Shown piece by piece: positions 34,571 to 43,338 of a stretch of 64,000 nucleotides of DNA (within the stretch, counting starts at the first letter, position 1; the number at the start of each line of letters is the position of its first letter). Source of the stretch: Conexivisphaerales archaeon (lineage in GTDB: Archaea > Thermoproteota > Nitrososphaeria > Conexivisphaerales > DTJL01); assembly GCA_035543015.1 (NCBI GenBank), contig DATKKG010000017.1, forward strand, positions 92,755 to 156,754. Reading direction: 5' to 3'. The notes beneath the pieces were generated by a model, which had not been told where the DNA came from, did not search any database, and saw only the letters and a list, made by a program, of their open reading frames with translations. Both the position numbers and the translations under genes were made by a program.

Positions 34571-35860
34571 CTAGCTCAGCCTCACAATGTCGCTTCTGTC
34601 GGGCCCGTAGGAGACGTATCCGACCGGGCAGTCCACGACGTCCCTCATCGCTTCGACGAAGGTCAGCAGCTTCGCCGGCAGCGCGTAGGCCCCCTCCTTC
34701 CCGAGCTTCCTCCAGGATTCCGCGGTCAGGTCAGGCCAGCCTTCGAACTCCCTGTAGTGCGGCCGGCAGCGCCTGAGCGCAACGATAGACGACGGCGGTT
34801 CGGTCAGCGTCCTATCCCCGTCGAGGTAGCCGTCGCATACGAGGACCCTGTCAAGGCCCCCGAGGACGTCCACTTTGGTCAACACGAGCTCGGTGACCCC
34901 GCTGGCCCTTGCAGCATACTTCGCAGCCACCGCGTCGAACCAGCCGATGCGCCGCGGCCTGCCGGTCGTCGCCCCGTATTCCGCACCCTTCTTCCTCAGG
35001 GACTCGGCCATCTGGCCGCTTATCTCGGTGACGAACGGCCCGGCCCCGACGCGGGTGCAGTACGCCTTCGCGACTCCCAGGACCGCCTCGATGCTCTGGC
35101 TGGGTACGCCGATCCCCGCTGGAGCGTACTGCGCGAGTGTGTGAGTCGCCGTGACGTACGGGTACGTTCCGAAGTCCACGTCCAGGTAGAACCCCTGGGC
35201 TCCTTCGAGGAGCAGCTTCCCCCGCCTGGCCAGGATGTCGTTGGCGACCTTGGAGACGTCGGCGATGTAGGGCCTGATCCTCCCGGCCACCTCCTTCAGT
35301 CGGTCGAAGGAGTCCTTCGCTATGGTCTCGCCGTCCTCTCCGTAGACGCGAGTGAGGAGGGCGCGGTTCCAGGCTCCGAAGGTCTCGAAGGCCAGCTTCA
35401 GGGAGTCGTCGTCAGCTAGGTCCCCCACTCGGATCCCCGTCCGGGCCGCCCTGTCCGCATAGGTGGGCGAGATGCCCCGGAGGGTGCTGCCGATGGCAGA
35501 CGACCCCCTCCTTCCCTCCTCGAGCCTGTCGCGGAACTTGTGTGGCCCCAGGGTGAGGTGGGCCCTGTCGCTGATCATCAGGTCGACTGGGACGTTGAGC
35601 GCGGCGACCTCCTCCAGCTCCTTCAGGAGGACCTCCGGGTCCACCACCACGCCGTTACCTATCAGGAGCTTCTTCCTCTGCAATACACCGGAAGGAAGGA
35701 GATGGAAGGCGAGCGTGGTGCCCGTCACGACGACGGTGTGCCCCGCGTTCGAGCCGCCGTTGAAACGAGCGACCGCGTCGAAGTTCCCGGCAAGGCTGTC
35801 GATGACCTTGCCCTTACCCTCGTCGCCCCACTGCAGCCCAACGATGACCGTTGCCGGCAA
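34571..35860 (-). CDS. purA: adenylosuccinate synthetase
   Basis: GLQWGDEGKGK and NGGSNAGHTV motifs. Confidence 0.92.
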   Translation of the reverse strand: MPATVIVGLQWGDEGKGKVIDSLAGNFDAVARFNGGSNAGHTVVVTGTTLAFHLLPSGVLQRKKLLIGNGVVVDPEVLLKELEEVAALNVPVDLMISDRAHLTLGPHKFRDRLEEGRRGSSAIGSTLRGISPTYADRAARTGIRVGDLADDDSLKLAFETFGAWNRALLTRVYGEDGETIAKDSFDRLKEVAGRIRPYIADVSKVANDILARRGKLLLEGAQGFYLDVDFGTYPYVTATHTLAQYAPAGIGVPSQSIEAVLGVAKAYCTRVGAGPFVTEISGQMAESLRKKGAEYGATTGRPRRIGWFDAVAAKYAARASGVTELVLTKVDVLGGLDRVLVCDGYLDGDRTLTEPPSSIVALRRCRPHYREFEGWPDLTAESWRKLGKEGAYALPAKLLTFVEAMRDVVDCPVGYVSYGPDRSDIVRLS

Positions 35861-35926
35861 TACAGCCCACTCTGTACCGTCGGCATCTTTTAACTTAATG
35901 ATGACCCGCTCGCTTCAGGGAAGGCT

Positions 35927-36799
35927 TCAGCTCAAGCTGGCGGCGTCCACCTGCCTGCGGGAGCCGATCATGGCCATGGGCTGGCCGTTCCCCCGTCTGA
36001 AGCACGCCATGACCTCGGCGAGGACGCTTACCGCTATCTCCTGAGGAGTGGATGCTCCGATGTCGAGGCCCACCGGGGCGTGCACCCTGGCGGCGATCTG
36101 ACCCTCGTCAAGGCCGACCTCCTTCGATACCCTGGACAGGATCGTCTGGACCCTGTGCCTGCTGCCTATCATGCCGACGTACCCGGCCCTCGTCTTCAGG
36201 GCGGCCGTCAGCGCGGGAGCGTCGTTCTTGTGCCTCGTCACTATAACGATGCCCGTGAGCTCGTCCACCTTCACGTTGTCGAGACCCTCGTCGTGGCGCG
36301 CTTTCACGAAGGTGGCCGAGGACGGCAGCTCGGTGGCCGGTGGTATCGGGTCCACAAGCGTGGTGCCCATCTCGAGGAAGTGGGCGAGCTCCACTATGGA
36401 GGTGGCCACCGCCCCCGAGCCTAGCACCACCAGCCTTATCCCTGGCTTCGATATCTCGACCAGCACGTCCACCTTGCCCCCGCAGAGCATCCCGACTCCC
36501 CCCGCCTCCTGCTCTTCAAGAAGCATCGAGCGCACCGCGACCGAGCCATCCGACCCTCCCCTCTCTCCGGCGCCCTTCTCCCTCTCCTTGGCGAGCATCT
36601 GAAGCGCCATGTCGACGGCGTCGTTCTCGAGGCAGTCGCCGCCGATGGTCCCTATCCTGGAGCCATCTTCGAGGACCGCCATCTTGGCGCCCAGCCCTCT
36701 CGGGCTTGAGCCCCTGCAGGCGATGACCGTGATGGTGGCGAAGTATTCTCCCCTGGCCGACAGTTCGGCCATCTTACCGTAGAGATCGGTAGCTCGCAC
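35927..36799 (-). CDS. xdhC: XdhC/CoxI-family molybdo-hydroxylase maturation protein
   Basis: N-terminal XdhC_CoxI-like segment (ATITVIACRGSSPRGLGAKMAV..GTIGGDCLE) plus a Rossmann-like C-domain (VVLGSGAVA). Confidence 0.85.
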   Translation of the reverse strand: MRATDLYGKMAELSARGEYFATITVIACRGSSPRGLGAKMAVLEDGSRIGTIGGDCLENDAVDMALQMLAKEREKGAGERGGSDGSVAVRSMLLEEQEAGGVGMLCGGKVDVLVEISKPGIRLVVLGSGAVATSIVELAHFLEMGTTLVDPIPPATELPSSATFVKARHDEGLDNVKVDELTGIVIVTRHKNDAPALTAALKTRAGYVGMIGSRHRVQTILSRVSKEVGLDEGQIAARVHAPVGLDIGASTPQEIAVSVLAEVMACFRRGNGQPMAMIGSRRQVDAASLS

Positions 36800-36922
36800 G
36801 ACTTGTTCGACTACGAACCCCCCACGGCTTCCTATATCCTTAGTGCGAGTTTCCTCGGTTGGCCGCCGCGGAGCGGAGAGCTAGCCTTTATTAGTTCCAC
36901 AGACAATTCCTGTAGGCTCTTC

Positions 36923-37612
36923 TTGAAGTTCATCAGGCCTTCCTACGACGAAATAAGGGAGGACTCCCTGAAGCTCTTCAACTCGATAAGGGAAAGCGGC
37001 TGGTCGCCCGACCTCAACATAGGGGTCGGGAGGGGCGGGCTCTTCGTGCTCAGATGCCTCCAGGATTTCTACGCGGCCGGAGGGGTCAAGATCCCCTACG
37101 TCGTGCCGGCGGTCGAGAGGTACCGCGGGATAGACTCGACGGGCGCCATCCGCATCACCCGTCTTAGACGAGAGGATGTCGAGGGGAGGAAGGTGCTCGT
37201 CGTCGACGACGTCTCGGACCAGGGGGACTCCCTGAAGGCCCTCGTGGAGGTCATCAGACGCTACGGGGCCTCCGGCATACGCACCGCCACGGTGCACTTC
37301 AAGCCCTGGTCGAAGCTGCGCCCCGACTTCTTCGTCCTTGAGACAGACGCCTGGATCATATATCCCTGGGAGCTCTACGAATCAATACGCCTGATACTCG
37401 AAAAGGGGGCGGCCGGCACGCCGGAGGAGGCATTCGCGGAGCTCTCGAAGCGAGCCGGAATCAGCGTCAGGGAGTACTCGGCCTTCTGCCACATTGCCTT
37501 GGACTCCGAGGCGCTGCCGTCGGCGCTGGTGCGCCGCATGAGAGAGGTCCGCGACCTCTACCGTGGGCACAATCGAGAAGTGCAAAAGTCTTTTAACGCG
37601 AAGAAAAGATAG
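36923..37612 (+). CDS. purine (xanthine/guanine/hypoxanthine type) phosphoribosyltransferase with C-terminal extension
   Basis: PRPP motif VLVVDDVSDQGDS. The ORF is open from 36803. I suggest the in-frame TTG at 36923 as the start, so the N-terminus is uncertain. Confidence 0.7.
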   Translation: MKFIRPSYDEIREDSLKLFNSIRESGWSPDLNIGVGRGGLFVLRCLQDFYAAGGVKIPYVVPAVERYRGIDSTGAIRITRLRREDVEGRKVLVVDDVSDQGDSLKALVEVIRRYGASGIRTATVHFKPWSKLRPDFFVLETDAWIIYPWELYESIRLILEKGAAGTPEEAFAELSKRAGISVREYSAFCHIALDSEALPSALVRRMREVRDLYRGHNREVQKSFNAKKR

Positions 37613-37635
37613 GAAGGGAACGGTGAAGCCGACCC

Positions 37636-37914
37636 TTGGTCAAGAGGAAGTTCACGATAGATACGGGCGCTGAGAAGGTCGAAATCGAAGGATACGACTA
37701 CCAGAAGGTGGCTGTCCGGTACCTCATGAAGAGGAGGCGCTCCCTCCTGTCGACCAGGGACCCCTCAAAGGTCGAGGTCCTGTGGGAGAAGCTCCCCAAG
37801 GCCGTCGAGGTCATCGGAACTAGGGAGTCGAAGAAGTACTCGGTGGACTGGAAGCGCGTGGGTGAGGAGGAGTTCCAGGGCGCCAGGTTCGTTTTCACAC
37901 TGAAGGAGATCTAG
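37636..37914 (+). CDS. hypothetical small protein
   Basis: 92 aa ORF with coding-like composition. Confidence 0.4.
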   Translation: MVKRKFTIDTGAEKVEIEGYDYQKVAVRYLMKRRRSLLSTRDPSKVEVLWEKLPKAVEVIGTRESKKYSVDWKRVGEEEFQGARFVFTLKEI

Positions 37915-37937
37915 GCCGAACTGCCGTCTTTGTTTCT

Positions 37938-38516
37938 CTATGGAGCCCCCAGCCCGGGGCCCGGCCTTCGTGGGGGGTTTCCCTCCACGACCCCCTCGCT
38001 GTTCTGGTACCGCCCTTCGTAGCCCCTGGACGCGGGGTACGACTCATGAAAGAGGATGTGCCAGAACCTCTCGCCCTTGGCGAGCGACGTGGGGTAGGGC
38101 GGAGAATGGACCTGAAGCGTCAACCTCCCGGTGTAGCCCGCGTCCACCACCGTCCCGGGGATGAGGAAGCCCCGGCGGGCGTAGGTGCTCCTAAGGTTGA
38201 CGTGGGCGACCATATCCTTCGGCATTCCCAGCCTTTCGAGGGTCAGAAGGAGCACGACGGAGCTGGCCGGAAGCTCTAGCGAACGGGAGAACTCCACCTT
38301 CTTGGAAGCGTACTCCGGGCCCGGAAGGATGAAGACGGCCTCCCCCCCGATGCGAAGGTCGAGGCCGTTGGGGGTGAGGCATCCCCCGTCGAAGGGCTCC
38401 ACCTTCAGCGAGCCATCTCCGACTCGTTTCGCGATCTGGGCGTCCGAAAGGATCAAAGGCGCAGATGGATGGAAGAAGGGACGATTAAAGCGTGGCGCCC
38501 TCCCGAGGCCGCTCAC
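37938..38516 (-). CDS. dcd: dCTP deaminase (Dcd/Dut superfamily)
   Basis: ILSDAQI ... LTPNGLDLRIG ... VDAGYTGRLTLQV is typical of archaeal Dcd. Confidence 0.85.
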   Translation of the reverse strand: MSGLGRAPRFNRPFFHPSAPLILSDAQIAKRVGDGSLKVEPFDGGCLTPNGLDLRIGGEAVFILPGPEYASKKVEFSRSLELPASSVVLLLTLERLGMPKDMVAHVNLRSTYARRGFLIPGTVVDAGYTGRLTLQVHSPPYPTSLAKGERFWHILFHESYPASRGYEGRYQNSEGVVEGNPPRRPGPGLGAP

Positions 38517-38523
38517 CTCATCA

Positions 38524-38563
38524 AGTTCTAGTGGACTAGAACTGAGCCTGCGGAAGTTCTAGT
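38524..38563. promoter_or_regulatory. perfect palindrome AGTTCTAGT-GG-ACTAGAACT plus third half-site AGTTCTAGT
   Basis: Palindrome at 38524-38543 and an extra half-site at 38555-38563. It sits in the divergent spacer between dcd (start 38516) and the surface-protein gene. Confidence 0.6.
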
Positions 38564-38623
38564 CCCGCTCTAGAGCGACCCCCATTAAATACCCTCTTGG
38601 CAGAGGACTCGGCAAGGAGGTAA

Positions 38624-39709
38624 AGGCAAACGGACCTCAAACGCGCAACGGCGGCGATCGCGATCGTCGCCCTCATTTCAGTGTCAGCGTTCGCGGTATA
38701 CGGCAGCACAGCACAGGCAAAGGGCAACAACTCGATGCAGAACAGGATGAATCAGCTGAAGAACTTCGGTATGAGGTACTCTTTCTGGAACTCGGTCTTC
38801 AACACTGGCTTCGCGACGGTGCAGTCAGTGCAGACCAACAACAGCAAGGCAGTGTTCTACCTTCAGATAAAGAACAGCGGGTTCCCCACCATCCTGACCG
38901 CACAGCTTAACTCGACAGTCGACCCCAACGTCGACTACACCAACAGGACCACCGATTGGGTTGGCGGGCTCCTGAGCCTAAGACAGCTGGTCGAATACAC
39001 GGACAGCAACGGCGACGGCATGTACAATCCCAGCAATGACACAGCCCTTCAGGTGGTCAACCTGAGCTCTCTGACTTGGGCCCTGGGATACCAATCCATC
39101 ACATCCACTTCTGGATCCAGCGGCTACAACATCACCCTGACAGCCAACTACAAGGGAGCGACATTCGAAGTCATAGCCCAGGTGTACAACACCGGGGTGA
39201 CCCTCAGCAACGGCATACCGGTCTCACCTTCCGAAGTCAAGGTCGACTTCATCTTCAACAACTTCCCGTGGAACAGCACTTCCAGTAGGCTCGCTCTGAT
39301 CTCAGCCTTCGGCGGAGTCTCCGGTTCCAAGCAGGTCACACGCACCGACAGCGAGACGTACGCCGTGGCCTACAATAATGCGTTCGCCTACTTCACCTGG
39401 AGCAGCACCGCCACGGTGGACGGCAACTCGGTCAACGTCGTCGCCTTCCAGAACAACACGAACGCCCTGCACCTCGTCGAGCTGAACTATCCTCACGGAA
39501 CCGACATCTCCCATGACCCGATCATAGGGGTCGGCTCAGGGACCCTGCAGGATGTCCCCTCCCTTGCTCCGTCCACGTCAACCTCAGCAGCCTCCAGTGC
39601 GCTGCCGGGGCTCTACTTCATGGTAGCGACGGCCGTGGTGGTCCTGGGAGCCGCAGCGATGACACTGCTCGCACGAAAGAGAATGGTGGAGCCTAAGCTT
39701 CAGTTCTGA
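38624..39709 (+). CDS. secreted, probably N-glycosylated cell-surface protein with C-terminal PGF-CTERM-like anchor (start codon unresolved)
   Basis: The track ORF starts at GTG 38681, but the frame is open from 38624. It encodes a textbook signal peptide (DLKRATAAIAIVALISVSAFAVYGSTAQA/KG). The protein has many N-x-S/T sequons, and its C-terminus is a Ser/Thr linker followed by LPGLYFMVATAVVVLGAAAMTLLARKR. Confidence 0.6.
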   Translation, partial: RQTDLKRATAAIAIVALISVSAFAVYGSTAQAKGNNSMQNRMNQLKNFGMRYSFWNSVFNTGFATVQSVQTNNSKAVFYLQIKNSGFPTILTAQLNSTVDPNVDYTNRTTDWVGGLLSLRQLVEYTDSNGDGMYNPSNDTALQVVNLSSLTWALGYQSITSTSGSSGYNITLTANYKGATFEVIAQVYNTGVTLSNGIPVSPSEVKVDFIFNNFPWNSTSSRLALISAFGGVSGSKQVTRTDSETYAVAYNNAFAYFTWSSTATVDGNSVNVVAFQNNTNALHLVELNYPHGTDISHDPIIGVGSGTLQDVPSLAPSTSTSAASSALPGLYFMVATAVVVLGAAAMTLLARKRMVEPKLQF

Positions 39710-39913
39710 AGCCCCTCCACCAACTCCTTCTTTCTTCGCTTCATTTGGCGCCCAGCGTTGGCTCCGCTTCTGCGACGTCAAGATAGATGGAGAAACTTAG
39801 AAACCTGAAGAAATGCTGATGAAAACGGTAGTTCGCTGGATAGGAATAGGCTCCGCAGAAGCCTATACAGCATCCTCTAAGCGAGGTTGCTGTGAAAGGA
39901 TGTCTTCTCTACT

Positions 39914-40033
39914 TTAACCGATGCTGAGAACGCCACCGACGGCGTCCTGGAGGATCTTCTGGACCGGTACGCCCAGAGCGGCCGCGACGGCTACCGCGGC
40001 AACGGCAGATCCTGCTACAGCAATGGCCAACAT
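39914..40033 (-). CDS. possible 39-aa hydrophobic micro-protein (below ORF-track cutoff)
   Basis: Own translation gives MLAIAVAGSAVAAVAVAAALGVPVQKILQDAVGGVLSIG. It is a GC-rich island in an otherwise AT-rich 460-nt spacer. GGAGAAG lies upstream and T-rich runs lie downstream on the minus strand. Confidence 0.3.
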   Translation of the reverse strand: MLAIAVAGSAVAAVAVAAALGVPVQKILQDAVGGVLSIG

Positions 40034-40167
40034 CTTCTCATTCTTCTCCAACGAACATTCCACCGGCAGTATACATGATGTACTCGTAGATAAGTTTTTC
40101 CTTTTTGGTAAAGCGTCAACTCGCCCTGCACGAAATCATCGTCATTATGTGCATTTTGTTTACTTTT

Positions 40168-40968
40168 TTATATCGGATGTGGATGTTGGTTTGCTTCCCT
40201 CACCCAGTAGGTGTCGCTTTCGTTGCCCTTGAGCTGGCAGGCGACCTCTTCTGCCATGACGGGCCGTCCGGTGATGAAGGCCAAAGCCCCCGACACTATC
40301 CCCTTCGCCAGGTCGCATAGGACCGGGCTGCATGGAAGCGTCGGGTTGTCAAGGATCAGGAAGTTCCTGACCTTGATCTCGGCTTCGAAGGGCTCCTCCC
40401 TGAAGTGACTGGTGGAAATCACCCCAAGACCGGATGCCTTGAAGGCCTTCACGAAGAGGTCGACGGACTCGCCCCAGTTCGTGACCCCCGTCGTCTTCCT
40501 CAGAAAGCTGGCAAGTTCGTATCCCAGCTGGTAACCCGAGTTGTACACGATCACCCTCGCCGGGCCCAGGCCGAGGACCTTCTCGAGGGTGGCGTAGGAC
40601 GAATAGACCGCGTTGGCGGAGAAGATGAGAGCCCTCTGGCTTCCAGAGGACAGAGGATACATGAAGACGTCAACATAGCTGTTCTCGTGCTTGACGTCGA
40701 AGACGTCCTCTAGGGCCTTGATCTTCGATGTTATCTCATCGACCAAGGCACTAGAGGTGCAGGCGACAAAGACGGCGAAGTAGCCTTTGTCGCCCTCCGT
40801 GAAGATTTGGCCCTTCAGCACGTTGACCCCATGTTCGGCCAGTATGGTGGTTATGTGGTTCAGCGCCCCAGGCGCGTTCCTAAGCGTTATGTACATCTCG
40901 TAGATCTGCGCACCTTTCTGCGGTTCCTGAACCCAATATACTGGCTTTCCGGTAGCGTCGGCGGACAT
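40168..40968 (-). CDS. ACT domain + V4R domain small-molecule-binding protein
   Basis: N-terminal ACT-like segment (MYITLRNAPGALNHITTILAEHGVNV) and a C-terminal V4R-like segment with conserved Cys (LPCSPVLCDLAKGIVSGAL). Confidence 0.6.
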   Translation of the reverse strand: MSADATGKPVYWVQEPQKGAQIYEMYITLRNAPGALNHITTILAEHGVNVLKGQIFTEGDKGYFAVFVACTSSALVDEITSKIKALEDVFDVKHENSYVDVFMYPLSSGSQRALIFSANAVYSSYATLEKVLGLGPARVIVYNSGYQLGYELASFLRKTTGVTNWGESVDLFVKAFKASGLGVISTSHFREEPFEAEIKVRNFLILDNPTLPCSPVLCDLAKGIVSGALAFITGRPVMAEEVACQLKGNESDTYWVREANQHPHPI

Positions 40969-41218
40969 CCTCTTACCAATACCCCCATAGATACCCTATC
41001 CTTATAACCTTTTACCTGATGGTATATAGTCTTGTTGTTATTAGGAAACCAATTGCCCAAGTCGATTAGCATTTTCCCAAAGCCGGGCGGGGGTAAGTTG
41101 GCCGATGACGAACCGGCGATATATACCGTTCAGACAATCAGCATACGGTCCGCCCTCCCCGGTGTCGCACCTTTAGGGTTTTAGCAAACTGGCATGATGA
41201 GACGCGGCTCCCTCCCCC

Positions 41219-42115
41219 ATGAAGCGGCGGAACCCCGAAAAAACGATTATATCGTCGGTGGACCGACCCGCTTCTGTGCCCAGCGAGAATGTCCCAGGGG
41301 ACGAGTACAGGGCCCTCGACCACCCCGCCCGCCGGAGGATCGTGGAACTCCTGGGGACCCACCCCTCCATGGGGTTCTCGGAGCTCAGGGGGGAAACGGG
41401 CCTCCCGGTGGGGACTTTGTACTACCACCTTGACGTCCTGAGAGGGCTCGTCACCCAGGACGCTTCCAGGAGGTACCGCCTCAGCCGCGAGGGTCAGCGG
41501 CTCTTCGAGACGCTCGCGGAAAAGGAGGGGATCCCCCACCAGAGGCCGTCCAGGGCCCTCAGGATCCTCCCCGGCTGGGCGTTCTCCCGCCTGGAACGCT
41601 CCCTCCCGGCCGCGGCGGCAGTCTGGCTTGGCGTGGCGGCTCTGGGCGGCATGCTTTCTCATCTGAGCGGGCAGGCGCTGATACTCATGCACTTCGGGGT
41701 GTCGACCTTCCCCGACTGGGTGGACGCGGCGCTCTTCCCCGTCAGCATGGCGGTCTACATGGTCTTCTGTTGGGCAATCTCCGAAGCCCTCCTTGGCAGG
41801 GGGACGGAGCCTTCTGGACTCCTCGCCTCCGGCGTCGTCTACGCCCCCTACCTTGCCTTCCCGCTGGCCACCATCGCCTTCGGGTCCACCGGGGGAGGAG
41901 CCCTCGGGCTCCTGTACCTTCTCCTCGCGATCTTGATCCAGGGGATCTCGGTCGTCCTGGGGGCCACCTACATGTCTACCACCTTCGGGATGAGGCTGGA
42001 GAGGTCCCTGCTCATCCAACTTGTCTACTACGTAGCCGCCACCGTGGCCTATTCGCTACTTCAGTACGCGGGCATGGTGACTGACGCCTGGCGTGCGCTG
42101 GCCCAGATGGTCTAA
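41219..42115 (+). CDS. ArsR-type wHTH fused to polytopic membrane domain
   Basis: YRALDHPARRRIVELL...LPVGTLYYHLDVL is followed by 5-6 TM helices. Confidence 0.7.
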   Translation: MKRRNPEKTIISSVDRPASVPSENVPGDEYRALDHPARRRIVELLGTHPSMGFSELRGETGLPVGTLYYHLDVLRGLVTQDASRRYRLSREGQRLFETLAEKEGIPHQRPSRALRILPGWAFSRLERSLPAAAAVWLGVAALGGMLSHLSGQALILMHFGVSTFPDWVDAALFPVSMAVYMVFCWAISEALLGRGTEPSGLLASGVVYAPYLAFPLATIAFGSTGGGALGLLYLLLAILIQGISVVLGATYMSTTFGMRLERSLLIQLVYYVAATVAYSLLQYAGMVTDAWRALAQMV

Positions 42116-42125
42116 GAAGTTCCGT

Positions 42126-43247
42126 TCAACCGGGGTTCTGCTTCAGCGCTTCCCTCAGGTTCTGCAGCTTCTTCACGTTCTCGTCCAGCGGGAAGGACCA
42201 GGCTCCTGAGACGGAGTCGAAGAGCGAGTGCGGGATCGTGAAGGCGAGAGAGTTGCCCACGTCTATGGTCTTGAAGTCCAGCCGCTCGGCCAGCGAGCCG
42301 AGGGCGTTGTTCAGGTAGTACTGGACGTAGAGGTAGTGCTCTACGGGGACGGCGAGCTCGACGAGGTACAGGTCCCTGTTGCCGGCTGCGGCCTCGGACC
42401 AGGTGAACGGTATGGAGTAGAACGCCTTCCTGATGTCCTGGAGCTGGCTCTGGCTGAGGTCCTTCGCGAAGACCCTTCCGTATATGATCCTGTGCTTCTT
42501 GATGCTCTCGAGGTCGCCCATCCATCTAACGATGTACTTTGTGATCATCTTCCTCTCGAGCACGTGGCTGTTGTAGTGATACTGCAGGGTCTTCACGTTG
42601 ATGTTCAGCTTCTTGGACATCTCGGCGACTGTGCTGAGAGAGTTTATGGCGAGCTCCTTGGCCAGGAGGATGTCCATCTTGTCGTATTCGTTCTTGGAGT
42701 ACTCGAGGGTGGGGCCGATCTTGGGCACTTCGGGCACCGATCCGAGCGCCTGCCAGTCGATGTCCCAGCGCCCTTCCTGGAAGTCGTAGTACTCGGGCCT
42801 GAGCGAGAGGTAGTTCACCCAGACGATCGGCTTCATCGAGTAGCTGGTCAGGATCCCCAGGTTCACCATCTCGTCCAGGAACTCCATCATCTGACCCTTG
42901 TACTGCTTGGGGGTCTGGAAGATGCAGTAGTACTCCTTCGACATGAGCTGCCCCGAGTAGTACGTAAGGTAGGCCAGCTCGTGAAGCGACTGGAGTATGT
43001 ACTTGGATATGGCCTGGTAGGCGTCCGAGAAGCTCACCATGACGATGTACCTCTGCAAGTCGAACTTCTCGGCGTCGACGAGGGCGTGGATGGCCACGCC
43101 TCTCCTGTACAGCTGGTTCTTGATCTTGTAGCGTACCGTCTCCGGCGGGATCCCCGTAAGACGGGAGATTAGGGAATAGTTGCCCGGTCCCACCTGGATG
43201 ATAGCTCGCACTATCTTAGCCGCTGGGTCGTCCTCTGGTAGTGGCAT
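42126..43247 (-). CDS. tandem Lrp/AsnC-like (two HTH units) transcriptional regulator
   Basis: Two HTH-like segments (NYSLISRLTGIPPETVRYKI and SLSTVAEMSKKLNINVKTLQYHY). Each is followed by a RAM-like beta-rich region. Confidence 0.55.
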   Translation of the reverse strand: MPLPEDDPAAKIVRAIIQVGPGNYSLISRLTGIPPETVRYKIKNQLYRRGVAIHALVDAEKFDLQRYIVMVSFSDAYQAISKYILQSLHELAYLTYYSGQLMSKEYYCIFQTPKQYKGQMMEFLDEMVNLGILTSYSMKPIVWVNYLSLRPEYYDFQEGRWDIDWQALGSVPEVPKIGPTLEYSKNEYDKMDILLAKELAINSLSTVAEMSKKLNINVKTLQYHYNSHVLERKMITKYIVRWMGDLESIKKHRIIYGRVFAKDLSQSQLQDIRKAFYSIPFTWSEAAAGNRDLYLVELAVPVEHYLYVQYYLNNALGSLAERLDFKTIDVGNSLAFTIPHSLFDSVSGAWSFPLDENVKKLQNLREALKQNPG

Positions 43248-43338
43248 GAATTGTACCTCTTAGTCTTCGGCCCATCTTGCACATGGGACTACAGCGTTAT
43301 TTTAACCTTTCCCAGACCACTTTACCAATTTACTAACC

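Noticed and set aside
41194-41200. C-box-like ATGATGA here, and GTGATGA at 60788-60794, as possible C/D box sRNAs.
   Set aside because: No CTGA D box occurs at the expected 40-60 nt distance, and there are no terminal pairing or guide-like features.
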